A program made the position numbers and the translations under genes. Of a DNA stretch of 64,000 nucleotides, positions 18,863-27,586 are shown piece after piece. Each line of letters begins with the position of its first letter. The stretch's first letter is position 1. Source of the DNA: Patescibacteria group bacterium (GTDB lineage: Bacteria; Patescibacteriota; Patescibacteriia; Magasanikbacterales; GWA2-37-8); the NCBI GenBank assembly GCA_041651015.1, contig JBAZKA010000002.1:70163-134162 (forward strand), in the 5' to 3' direction. The notes under the pieces were generated by a model that was given only the letters and a program-made list of their open reading frames with translations, did no database searches and had not been told where the DNA came from.

Positions 18863-19011
18863 TTTGAAGTTGGTAATTGGGTTGTAGCCAGGCTATTATT
18901 TGTTAGAATATTTATGGTCATTGACATCAGCGCGCATCCGTGATATTTTTTGTGTAAATCGCGCGTCAAGGCAAAGACGCTTCACCGCTCTTTTGAGCAA
19001 GGGAGGATTGA

Positions 19012-19473
19012 ATGGCTGACAACACACGAGAAGTGATAGGTCCACCCACGATGGCGCGAATCATCAAGATGTCATTGGAAATTAAGGTCGCCAGCTGGAA
19101 TAAGGTGCTGGAAGGATTGGAGGGCGAGAGTATTGATTTTCAGTCGGGCGAGATCGTTGTCTTTGAAACGCCCAATGCTTTTGAGATGGCCGCGTTGATA
19201 GTAAAGCAGGAGTTGTTTGATCAGTTGGATTTGACCGATGACCCAACAACGCGCCTGAGAATCCAGCAAGCGCTGGACGATGCGGATGACTTGTTTTGGA
19301 TGTCGGTTAATGAGAGAATTGACACTGTGTTTCTGGATGGTGAACTGTACGGCGCCTTTGATCTGCGTGAAGGCGGGATGGTTGTGGCAATTCCCGCGCG
19401 TGAAGTGACTATTGTCGCGAGCGAACCATCCGGCGACGGTTCTGGCGGGACGCGCCATTTCACCTTGCACTGA
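19012..19473 (+). CDS. Hypothetical acidic protein
   Basis: Promoter TTGACA at 18921, GCTCTTTTGA, SD GGGAGG at 19001. Confidence 0.65.
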   Translation: MADNTREVIGPPTMARIIKMSLEIKVASWNKVLEGLEGESIDFQSGEIVVFETPNAFEMAALIVKQELFDQLDLTDDPTTRLRIQQALDDADDLFWMSVNERIDTVFLDGELYGAFDLREGGMVVAIPAREVTIVASEPSGDGSGGTRHFTLH

Positions 19474-19580
19474 AAACAGAGGGCGCTTGCTACCAAAAGC
19501 CGGCTCGCGGAACATCCCGCGGGCTTTTTTAATCCTTGATTTTTCTCGTTTTCTGTTGTATAATGGCATATACTATATAT

Positions 19581-20705
19581 ATGACGCATATTCTCGCGGT
19601 AATCGTTATTGTTTTATCCATAATCACATTGGTCTTTGCCAGCCACTTTTTTTTGTATTTTTCGCTAATTCATTTTTTCAAAATCGTGGACCCCGGGCTA
19701 AATTTTGCTTTAATAGTGGTATTGTCTATTTTGGCCATCAGTTTTATTGTCTCGTCGCTCATGGCTCATTGGCGCGAGAACATCGCGACCAGGATGTTTT
19801 ATTTGGTTTCGGGCATTTGGTTGGGTTTTACGGTCAATTTGGTGTTGGCACTCACGATTGGTTGGATTGTCCGCGCCATACTCATACTCGCGCACCTGCC
19901 AATAAATTCTATTTTGATCGGGTGCCTGGCCGTCGTGGCAGCAGTTATTTATTCTGTTTGGGGCGTATACAATGCTTTTCATCCGAGAATAAAAAATATT
20001 AATATAAAGATTTCTAATCTCCCGGACAATTGGCGCGGTAAAAAAGCGGTTCATGTTTCGGACTTGCATCTCGGCCATGTTTATCGGAAGAATTTTTTGG
20101 AAAAAATAGTGTTGATGATTAACTCAGCGGAACCGGAAATCGTGTTTGTCACCGGCGATTTGTTTGATGGCATGGATGGCCAGCGTTTGGATGCGCATGT
20201 GGAACCATTGAATCAAATTGTGTCCAAGCAGGGAACTTTTTTTGTCACCGGTAATCATGAAACTTATTTTGGCACAGCGCGCGCTTTGGGCATTATTTCG
20301 CAGACGAAAATCCGCGTGTTATCCGATGAAGCGGTGGATGTGGACGGTCTGCGCGTGGTCGGCGTGAGCTATGCCGAGAATTTCAGCGAACGGGATGTGG
20401 CGCAAGTGGTGCGCGACAAAATTGGCGCGGCGCCAAAACAACCGACCGTGCTTCTTTACCACAGCCCGGAGCAGATTAATGAAATTAAGGAATCCGGCCT
20501 GATTGATTTACAATTGGCCGGCCATACGCATTTTGGTCAGATGTTTCCGTTCAATTATATTACCCGTCTGATTTTTTGCGGTTATGATTACGGCTTGCAC
20601 ACTGATGGAAATTATTCTTTGTACACGACCAATGGCGCGGGCGCTTGGGGCCCGTCCATGAGAACCGGCAGCCGGCCGGAAGTGGTGGTGATAAATTTTG
20701 TGTAA
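19581..20705 (+). CDS. Membrane-anchored calcineurin-like metallophosphoesterase (YkuE/YaeI-like)
   Basis: N-terminal TMs; SDLHLG, TGDLFD, GNHE, GHTH. Confidence 0.92.
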   Translation: MTHILAVIVIVLSIITLVFASHFFLYFSLIHFFKIVDPGLNFALIVVLSILAISFIVSSLMAHWRENIATRMFYLVSGIWLGFTVNLVLALTIGWIVRAILILAHLPINSILIGCLAVVAAVIYSVWGVYNAFHPRIKNINIKISNLPDNWRGKKAVHVSDLHLGHVYRKNFLEKIVLMINSAEPEIVFVTGDLFDGMDGQRLDAHVEPLNQIVSKQGTFFVTGNHETYFGTARALGIISQTKIRVLSDEAVDVDGLRVVGVSYAENFSERDVAQVVRDKIGAAPKQPTVLLYHSPEQINEIKESGLIDLQLAGHTHFGQMFPFNYITRLIFCGYDYGLHTDGNYSLYTTNGAGAWGPSMRTGSRPEVVVINFV

Positions 20706-20755
20706 AAAATATTTTTTTGATATAATTATTGTTGTAATTTTTTACATCAATATTT

Positions 20756-23533
20756 ATGAGGAGGGGACCAAATAAATTTTTGATTGCGCTTGCATTGGGC
20801 GCGATTTTTATTTTTGTGAGTAAGAATTTTGTTGAGGCAAAGGTTTTGATTAGTGAGGTGAAGACGAATGATTCGTCGGAGTTTAGTAGATTTGTGGAAT
20901 TGTACAATTATTCAAGCTCTACCGAAAATTTATCTGGTTGGAAAATGTGTAAATATACTAAATCGGGATCAGAAAGTGAAAAGGTATCGTTAATTGATGA
21001 TTTCTCAAACATCCTAATAAAACCATTCGGGTATTTGCTTATTGCGGACTCCGAGTTAGTCGGTTCATCGACATCAGATGTTATTTTTTCAAAAGGCAAT
21101 CTTACAGATAATAATTATTTGTATTTATTAAATAATTACGGCGCGGTAGTTGATAGCTTTGGCTGGGGATCTGTTACGTCGGCGTATCATTCATATTTGT
21201 TTACCCCGACTTATAGTGGATCAGTTAAAAGTTTTTCCCGTTTGCCGAATAACGATACGGGGAATTGGCAGGATACGGATATTGATACGGAGGACTTTGA
21301 GACAACGACGCCAAGTCCGCAAAACAGTTCAAGTGCGTCTCGGCCGGAATATATTTCTGATACCACAACAACACCAACGAGTACGATTGAAATTCCGACC
21401 TCCACACCAGAAATACCAACTACCACACCGGACATTTCTACCACGACCACCTCAACCGTTCCGGCTATCAATACTTCATCAATCTGGGCGCAAATAAAAA
21501 TTAATGAATTTGTTTCCAATCCCGAGTCGGGAAACGAGTGGGTGGAATTTTTTAATCCGAGCACGAGCAGTTTGGATTTATCCGGCGGGTATATTTGTGA
21601 TGAACACGGAGCAGACTCATTGGACGAGTGTAAAAATATTTCGGGCGCGATCGGCGCGGGTGGTTGGTTATTTTATGATTTATTGACGACGCGTTATATG
21701 AGTAATGTCGGTGATAGTATATTTTTAAAAAATGTTGAAGGGGAAATCGTGGATGAGATAATATATGAAAAAAATACGGCGACCGAAAAAGGGCAATCGT
21801 TCGCGCGCAAAATTGACGGCGCGGACACAAATTCAATTTCTGATTGGGCTCTGACGATTACGACCACGCCCGGGGCAAAGAATGTAATTATCGCACCAAT
21901 CGTCTCTTCAGGTGGCGGTTCATCAAAAACAGTGGATAATACGGGCGATACAAAGACAGTCACCGTGGTTTCTTCATCAACCGCATATCTGGGGCTTGTA
22001 TTGAATGAAATTTTGCCAAATCCGATTGGCGCGGATACGGAAAATGAATTTATAGAAATTTTTAATACCACGAGCGCGTCCATTGATTTATCCGGCTGGA
22101 AAATTTCCGATAAAGCTAAATCGTTTACCTTGTCTGGTTCAATTTTGGCTAAAAGCTATTTGTATTTTTTGCGCAGTGAAACAAACATCGCTTTGAACAA
22201 CACGTCTGGTGAAGAAGTAAAATTAATCGCGCCCGATGATAAATTAGCGGATTATATTTCGTATAATTCGGCAGATGAGGGCGCGGCCTACGCGCGGACC
22301 GCTTCGGGCACTTGGCAGTGGACAACCAGTTCCACGCCGGGCGCGCAAAATTATTTCTTTAATGCGTCAGTTGTTTACGACACCTCCACTCCGGCCGTGG
22401 AAAAAATTATTTTTTCCGAAATTTGTCCCAACCCCAGGGGGGCGGACGCGCGCGAATTTATAGAAATATTTAACAATGACAGTGAACCGATAGATGTCGG
22501 CAATTGGACCATCGCTAATTTGAAAAAAAGATTTGTAATTCCGGAGGAGACAATAATTTATCCCGGACAATATTTGGTGTTTTACAAAGCCGTGAGTAAA
22601 CTCACGCTCAATAATTCACAGGAAGAATTAATTCTCAGAAATGCGTTCGGGCAAACCGCGGACAGCGTAAAAATCGCCGCGGCCAAAGAGAGTATGAGTT
22701 ATGCGCGTGCAAATGACGCGTGGCAATGGACCGAGGAGTCAACGCCGGCGAAAGAAAACAAAATTGTCATCACGCCGGCCGAAGAAAAATCCGTATCAAC
22801 AAAAAATAAAACGGTCTATCGCGCCATGAGTATTGCCGGAGCGCGCGAAGTCGAGGAAGAATCGGGAGTGGTGGTGAGAGGCGTGGTCTCGGCTTTGCCC
22901 GGAAATTTTGGCGTGCAGTATTTCTATATTTTTGACGGCCATGACGGAATACAAATCTATAATGCCAAAAAAGATTTTTTGAAATTTAAAATCAACGACC
23001 AAGTGGAAATAACCGGCGTGGTCGGAGAGGCGAGCGGGATAAAACGAATTCGCGCGAAAAATAAAGAGGCTATGGATATTTTATCCACGGACAATATTTT
23101 GAAACCAATGGAAAAAAGTTTGGACAAAATAAGTGAGGATGATGCCGGGCGTTTGGTCGCGGTTGAGGGCGACATCACAGAAATAAAAAGCAATTACATG
23201 TATCTGGACAACCAACTGGGAGAAATTAAAATTTATTTTAAAAAGGGAGCCAATATAAACAAAAGCGCGCACACTGAAGGCGAACAAGTGCGCGTGGTTG
23301 GGATTGTGGAAAGCGCGGGCGATGGCGTGCAAATTTGGCCAAGGAGTAACGCGGATATTATTAGTGTGAGCAGTACGCAAAAAGTGGCCGGAGAAAAAAT
23401 TTCATCTGATGAGGAAAAAGATGTTGCCTCCAAGACGCCACTCTTCGCATTTTTGGGTTTGACCGGCGCGGTGATTTTGGGATTTGTGATAAAAAATTAT
23501 GGCGCGAGTGTTATCGCTAAGTTTAAAAAATAA
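20756..23533 (+). CDS. Surface protein with four lamin-tail domains, OB-folds and a C-terminal TM anchor
   Basis: Repeated (I/L)(S/N)E..PNP..EF(I/V)E(I/L)(F/Y)N..DLSGW motifs, Thr/Ser linkers, OB-fold-like C-terminus. Confidence 0.85.
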   Translation: MRRGPNKFLIALALGAIFIFVSKNFVEAKVLISEVKTNDSSEFSRFVELYNYSSSTENLSGWKMCKYTKSGSESEKVSLIDDFSNILIKPFGYLLIADSELVGSSTSDVIFSKGNLTDNNYLYLLNNYGAVVDSFGWGSVTSAYHSYLFTPTYSGSVKSFSRLPNNDTGNWQDTDIDTEDFETTTPSPQNSSSASRPEYISDTTTTPTSTIEIPTSTPEIPTTTPDISTTTTSTVPAINTSSIWAQIKINEFVSNPESGNEWVEFFNPSTSSLDLSGGYICDEHGADSLDECKNISGAIGAGGWLFYDLLTTRYMSNVGDSIFLKNVEGEIVDEIIYEKNTATEKGQSFARKIDGADTNSISDWALTITTTPGAKNVIIAPIVSSGGGSSKTVDNTGDTKTVTVVSSSTAYLGLVLNEILPNPIGADTENEFIEIFNTTSASIDLSGWKISDKAKSFTLSGSILAKSYLYFLRSETNIALNNTSGEEVKLIAPDDKLADYISYNSADEGAAYARTASGTWQWTTSSTPGAQNYFFNASVVYDTSTPAVEKIIFSEICPNPRGADAREFIEIFNNDSEPIDVGNWTIANLKKRFVIPEETIIYPGQYLVFYKAVSKLTLNNSQEELILRNAFGQTADSVKIAAAKESMSYARANDAWQWTEESTPAKENKIVITPAEEKSVSTKNKTVYRAMSIAGAREVEEESGVVVRGVVSALPGNFGVQYFYIFDGHDGIQIYNAKKDFLKFKINDQVEITGVVGEASGIKRIRAKNKEAMDILSTDNILKPMEKSLDKISEDDAGRLVAVEGDITEIKSNYMYLDNQLGEIKIYFKKGANINKSAHTEGEQVRVVGIVESAGDGVQIWPRSNADIISVSSTQKVAGEKISSDEEKDVASKTPLFAFLGLTGAVILGFVIKNYGASVIAKFKK

Positions 23534-23593
23534 AAAAGCCCGGTCTGGAGGAGGGGTTCAGCCGGGCGCAAGAGAAGGAACGACTCGAGCGTG

Positions 23594-23977
23594 CTATTTG
23601 TCGTGCCGCACTTTCTCGATTTTTGTGACGATGGGGTCTCTCGGATTCACATAACCGAGAAACATTTCTATTGTTTTACTCGGAGCGGTCCGCGCGAGTC
23701 TCTTGATATTGAGCTTATAGCCTCCGCGGACGCGTTTGAGCGAGATGCCAGGCGCGACGAAAATGCGTTGGGCGCGTATGCTGTCATCCAGCACGAAGTC
23801 AGGGTTAATTCCCTGGGCGAACATCACGAATCCATCGTAGCTCGCGGTTGCTGTCAGACCCAATCCGATCAGACTGACCGTCGGTGCTCCGCGGGGAATC
23901 ACTTCCTGCGTTATGATACATCTCACCGCCCGGTTGTTCCCTTCCGGAAAGATTTTGATGTTGTGCGATTTTATCAT
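23594..23977 (-). CDS. Hypothetical protein (127 aa)
   Basis: Promoter TTGACA-17-TATAGT (24055-24027), SD AAGGAG before ATG 23977. Confidence 0.6.
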   Translation of the reverse strand: MIKSHNIKIFPEGNNRAVRCIITQEVIPRGAPTVSLIGLGLTATASYDGFVMFAQGINPDFVLDDSIRAQRIFVAPGISLKRVRGGYKLNIKRLARTAPSKTIEMFLGYVNPRDPIVTKIEKVRHDK

Positions 23978-24129
23978 CAGCGACTCCTTCTTGTGCGTGG
24001 GGAGACATTCCCCATTACAGTGAAACACTATATATTATTTTTTCGGTTGTGTCAAGGGGGTGTTGACTTTCGCCCTATAAAATGGTATAATCTTTTTGCT
24101 TTTGTGAACCGTATGGAAATTCAAAACTC

Positions 24130-24202
24130 GGGCCGATAGCTTAGTTGGTAGAGCGCCGCGTTTGCAACGCGGAGGTCCGGGGTTCGAATCCCCGTCGGTC
24201 CA
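24130..24202 (+). tRNA. tRNA-Ala(UGC)
   Basis: Cloverleaf, G3:U70, anticodon arm CCGCG-TTTGCAA-CGCGG. Confidence 0.97.
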
Positions 24203-24203
24203 C

Positions 24204-24349
24204 AGGCAATGCAACAGTTTGCATTGCCGGGGGATGAGAACGGCGGAGCGATGTCGCGCGAGTTTGTCGACGAGCGCGACCGCGAGCCGGTGGCCAGACC
24301 GCCGAGTCGGAAGACGAGGCGAGTCGCGGCCGAATCCCCGTCGGTCCAC
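24204..24349 (+). mobile_element. Miniature tRNA-associated element ending in a 19-bp duplication of the tRNA-Ala 3' end
   Basis: CGAATCCCCGTCGGTCCAC at 24185-24203 and 24331-24349. Confidence 0.6.
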
Positions 24350-24363
24350 GAGAGCGTAGCGAA

Positions 24364-24652
24364 GCCGAGGTAGCTCAGTGGTAGAGCGAAGGACTGAATT
24401 TCGGTCCGCCCAGCAGTAATGTTGGGGCAATAATCGGGTGAATTCGGGGAAACCCCTTGGGGCAATCCCGAGCCAAGCCGAAACGGTTTAACTCTTTCGG
24501 AAGGTGTAGAGACTAGCGAGTGAGTGCCAACAATAATCTCGCAAAAGCGCCCGACTCCCATAATTGGGATGATGATATAGTCCGATCCTCAAGGCAACTT
24601 GAGAAAAATATGGAAAATCCTTGCGTCGCGAGTCCGATCCTCGCCCTCGGCA
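24364..24652 (+). tRNA. tRNA-Phe(GAA), exons 24364-24395 and 24613-24652
   Basis: Joined exons give a cloverleaf with AAGGA-CT-GAA-AA-TCCTT and acceptor GCCGAGG/CCTCGGC. Confidence 0.92.
24396..24612 (+). ncRNA. Group I self-splicing intron (217 nt, no ORF) after U33 of tRNA-Phe
   Basis: P1 GGACU/GGUCC with U.G at the splice site, P GAATTCGGGGAA, Q AATCCCGAGC, R AGAGACTA, S GATATAGTCC, terminal G. Confidence 0.9.
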
Positions 24653-24714
24653 CTTGGTAGAAAATAAAACCCGTGGTATACTATACATAGTAATACATAT
24701 CACGGGTTTTATTT

Positions 24715-25395
24715 ATGAAATCAAGCGTAAAAGACAGCGCAATAAAATTGCGAAAAAAAGGCCTTTCGTATAATATAATTTCCAATAAATTGGGCATACC
24801 CAAAGGCACATTAAGTTATTGGTTTAAATCCCTGAGAGGGTCGGCAAAAATCACTAAAACGAATACGTCAAAAGCAAAAGAAATTTGGGCCAAAAATATC
24901 ACAATTTATAACAAAAGCCGGTCAATACGCGCCAGAGAGAAATGGTTAGAAATTCAAAAAAACTCCAGACACGAGATGGCGTCATTGAGCAAGCACGACT
25001 TACTTTTTGTGGGGACGGCATTGTATTGGGCCGAAGGATATAAGAAGGGCAATTGGAGTGTGATTTTTTCAAATTCTGATCCGCGCATGCATCAAATAAT
25101 GATGAGATACTTTTTAGAAGTGTGCAGAGTGCCTTTGAATAAGATTAAAGGGCAAGTGCAGACGCATTCAAATGTTGACAAGAAAAAAGCTGTGGCCTAT
25201 TGGTCAAAAATTACCCGCGTTCCGCAGCGTCAATTTATGAAATGTAATGTATCTGTCCCTAAAAGCAGTAAGAAAGTTCGCGGCAATACCTTGCCGTATG
25301 GCACTTTACGAATTAGGATAAATGATGTAAATTTAACAAACAAAATCAAAGGTTATATATTGGGTTTAATAGAATCGTCAACCATCGGGGTATAG
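24715..25395 (+). CDS. HTH + LAGLIDADG-like endonuclease-fold protein
   Basis: HTH LRKKGLSYNIISNKLGIPKGTLSYW; GTALYWAEG; FSNSDP; stop codon lies inside tRNA-Pro. Confidence 0.7.
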   Translation: MKSSVKDSAIKLRKKGLSYNIISNKLGIPKGTLSYWFKSLRGSAKITKTNTSKAKEIWAKNITIYNKSRSIRAREKWLEIQKNSRHEMASLSKHDLLFVGTALYWAEGYKKGNWSVIFSNSDPRMHQIMMRYFLEVCRVPLNKIKGQVQTHSNVDKKKAVAYWSKITRVPQRQFMKCNVSVPKSSKKVRGNTLPYGTLRIRINDVNLTNKIKGYILGLIESSTIGV

Positions 25396-25458
25396 CTCAG
25401 TTGGTAGAGCGCCTGGTTTGGGACCAGGAGGTCGCAGGTTCAAGTCCTGTTGCCCCGA
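25386..25458 (+). tRNA. tRNA-Pro(UGG)
   Basis: Cloverleaf, anticodon arm CCTGG-TTTGGGA-CCAGG. Confidence 0.96.
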
Positions 25459-25469
25459 CAAATATAATC

Positions 25470-25504
25470 GGAGGTCGTCCGCCCAGGGCGGATTGCCCCG
25501 ACAA
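25470..25504 (+). repeat. Duplicated tRNA-Pro 3' part with the T-arm replaced by TCCGCCCAGGGCGGA
   Basis: GGAGGTCG-[15 nt]-TTGCCCCGACAA in both copies. Confidence 0.75.
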
Positions 25505-25515
25505 TCATATTTTTC

Positions 25516-26043
25516 ATGCTTACCCAAGAACAAGAAAAATGGGTTAGTCATTTGAGCGATACAAAGAAAGTGTCGGTTGTTACTTTTGATCCAACGTGCG
25601 AAGAAAAATTTTTGATAATAAAAAATGAATTGCAAAAATTGCTCGGTAATAGTCAGGCGATAGAACATCGCGGGGCGAGTGCTTTAAAAATTTCCGGCCA
25701 GGACGAAATAGACGTGTATGTGCCCGTCTCGCCAGAAGAATATGGTGCAACCGTTGAGATTATAAAAAGTAAATATGGAGAATCGAACAGTAATTATTCG
25801 TTAAAACGAACGCATTTTATCACGGAAATTGAGGGGAAACATGTAGATATTTTTGTGGTAAATAAAAACGATTCGGACTGGATTGATAGTGAATTATTTT
25901 ATAATTATTTATTGACACATCCGGACATACTGGGAAATTATAAAAAACTGAAAGAAAATGCTTCGGGAAAAAGTTTGCGGGAGTATTATAAAGGAAAAAT
26001 TGAGTTTATAAATTTGATTATACGCTCAGCGAAGATTCAATAG
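25516..26043 (+). CDS. GrpB family (UPF0157) nucleotidyltransferase-like protein
   Basis: IEHRGASAL, EIDVYV, YLLTHP..Y..LK, YY.GK.EFI. Confidence 0.8.
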   Translation: MLTQEQEKWVSHLSDTKKVSVVTFDPTCEEKFLIIKNELQKLLGNSQAIEHRGASALKISGQDEIDVYVPVSPEEYGATVEIIKSKYGESNSNYSLKRTHFITEIEGKHVDIFVVNKNDSDWIDSELFYNYLLTHPDILGNYKKLKENASGKSLREYYKGKIEFINLIIRSAKIQ

Positions 26044-26120
26044 CAAGTCGCGTTACATGCTTCACCTTTTTTCATTTTTCCTGTAAAATACCTATTAGGA
26101 TAATTTTATAATACAAATAT

Positions 26121-27068
26121 ATGGAAAACACGCCTCAAGTGGAAAAAGTGTCGCCGAAACACGTTTTTCTGCATTTATTTGTCATCGTTTTGCTTTATTA
26201 CACGACAATAAACTTTTTGGTTTTGATTTTTCAATGCATTAATCATTGGTTTCCAGACGCTTTAACGCAAATCAATTATTATCAGGCGGCCGCAAGTTCA
26301 GAAATGATTAGGTTTGCTTTGGCCTCGCTGATTATTGTGTTTCCGGTTTTTATGATCGCCTCAAAGTTGTTGCGAAAAAGTTATATTACAAGTCCGGCCA
26401 TCCGGGACATGCGAACGCGTAAATGGTTATTGTATTTTACTTTGTTTGTCGCGGCCTTGGTTATGATCGGCGACATGGTCGGCGTGATTTTGACATATTT
26501 GAATGGAGAAATAACCACGCGATTTGTATTTAAAGCGGCGGCCGTGCTGGTGTCCGCCGGAGCGATATTCTTTTATTATTTGCGGGACTTGAAACAAGAA
26601 ATAATGACGCGCTCAACTAAAATTTTTATTTGGTGCGTGATTGTAGTGGTCGCGGGCGCGGTGGTCGCGGGTTTTTTTGCCGCCGGTTCGCCCAAGACGG
26701 CGCGCATGATTCGTTTTGATGCTGATCGAATTTCCGATTTGGCTTCGGCTCAGTCGCAAATTGTTAATTATTGGCAAACCAAAGAACATTTGCCAAATAC
26801 CTTTGCTGATTTAAATGATGACATTAAGGGTTATTCAGTACCGGCCGATCCTGAGACCAGCGCGGCTTATGAATATTATTTAACAGGCACGACTTCGTTC
26901 AAATTGTGCGCCACATTTGATTTGGTAAGCGACGATGAGGTAAAGCAGTCTTCCGCTGTCTACTATTATGGCAGTGACATGGATAATTGGAAACACGATG
27001 TCGGATATTATTGTTTTGAACGGACAATTGACACAGAATTTTATCCGTTTATTTCCGAGAAAAAATAA
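26121..27068 (+). CDS. DUF5671-like membrane protein
   Basis: Five TMs, RKWLLYFTLF, GSPKTAR..RFD..R..DL, DPET...YEY, LCATF. Confidence 0.7.
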   Translation: MENTPQVEKVSPKHVFLHLFVIVLLYYTTINFLVLIFQCINHWFPDALTQINYYQAAASSEMIRFALASLIIVFPVFMIASKLLRKSYITSPAIRDMRTRKWLLYFTLFVAALVMIGDMVGVILTYLNGEITTRFVFKAAAVLVSAGAIFFYYLRDLKQEIMTRSTKIFIWCVIVVVAGAVVAGFFAAGSPKTARMIRFDADRISDLASAQSQIVNYWQTKEHLPNTFADLNDDIKGYSVPADPETSAAYEYYLTGTTSFKLCATFDLVSDDEVKQSSAVYYYGSDMDNWKHDVGYYCFERTIDTEFYPFISEKK

Positions 27069-27079
27069 TTATATTTTTT

Positions 27080-27535
27080 ATGTCGCATTTTGATTTATAT
27101 GCCGTTGTGCCACAATTAATATTTGTCGCGCAAATTATTCTCGCCATCGCGCTCGGCGCTTTGGTTGGATGGCAACGCGAAAAAAGCGGCAAGGCGGCCG
27201 GGGGCCGAACGTTTGGCATCGTTAGCGCCGGTTCATGCCTGTTCACAATTTTATCCATGCATGCGTTTACTAACGCTGACCCGTCCAGAGTGGCGGCGCA
27301 AATTGTCGTCGGTATTGGTTTCCTCGGCGCGGGCGCGATTTTACATCGCGAAAAAAATATTTACGGTTTGACCACGGCGGCCGGTCTTTGGATCAGCGCG
27401 GCCATTGGTATGGCGGTCGGCGCCGGGTTTTATGTGGTGGCGATTTTGTCTTCGTTTATTATGCTCGGAGTACTGATGGTCAATGAAAAAAGCATTTTTA
27501 AGTCAGACCGGAACAACGACCGGATTGATGAGTAA
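27080..27535 (+). CDS. MgtC/SapB family protein
   Basis: AGGRTF, DPSRVAAQIVVGIGFLGAG, GLTTAA. Confidence 0.92.
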   Translation: MSHFDLYAVVPQLIFVAQIILAIALGALVGWQREKSGKAAGGRTFGIVSAGSCLFTILSMHAFTNADPSRVAAQIVVGIGFLGAGAILHREKNIYGLTTAAGLWISAAIGMAVGAGFYVVAILSSFIMLGVLMVNEKSIFKSDRNNDRIDE

Positions 27536-27586
27536 AAATATAAATAAAAAATCTCGGCTAGTCGCCGAGATTTTTTTGTTAGTCTG

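Noticed and set aside
24396-24398. Reading the first GAA as the exon anticodon (intron after position 36)
   Set aside because: The U.G pair in P1 and the terminal G at 24612 place the splice site after U33; the anticodon GAA is in the 3' exon
24035-24703. ORFs across the tRNA-Ala/Phe region, including a possible intron-encoded protein
   Set aside because: They overlap tRNAs and the intron core; the 217-nt intron has no room for an endonuclease
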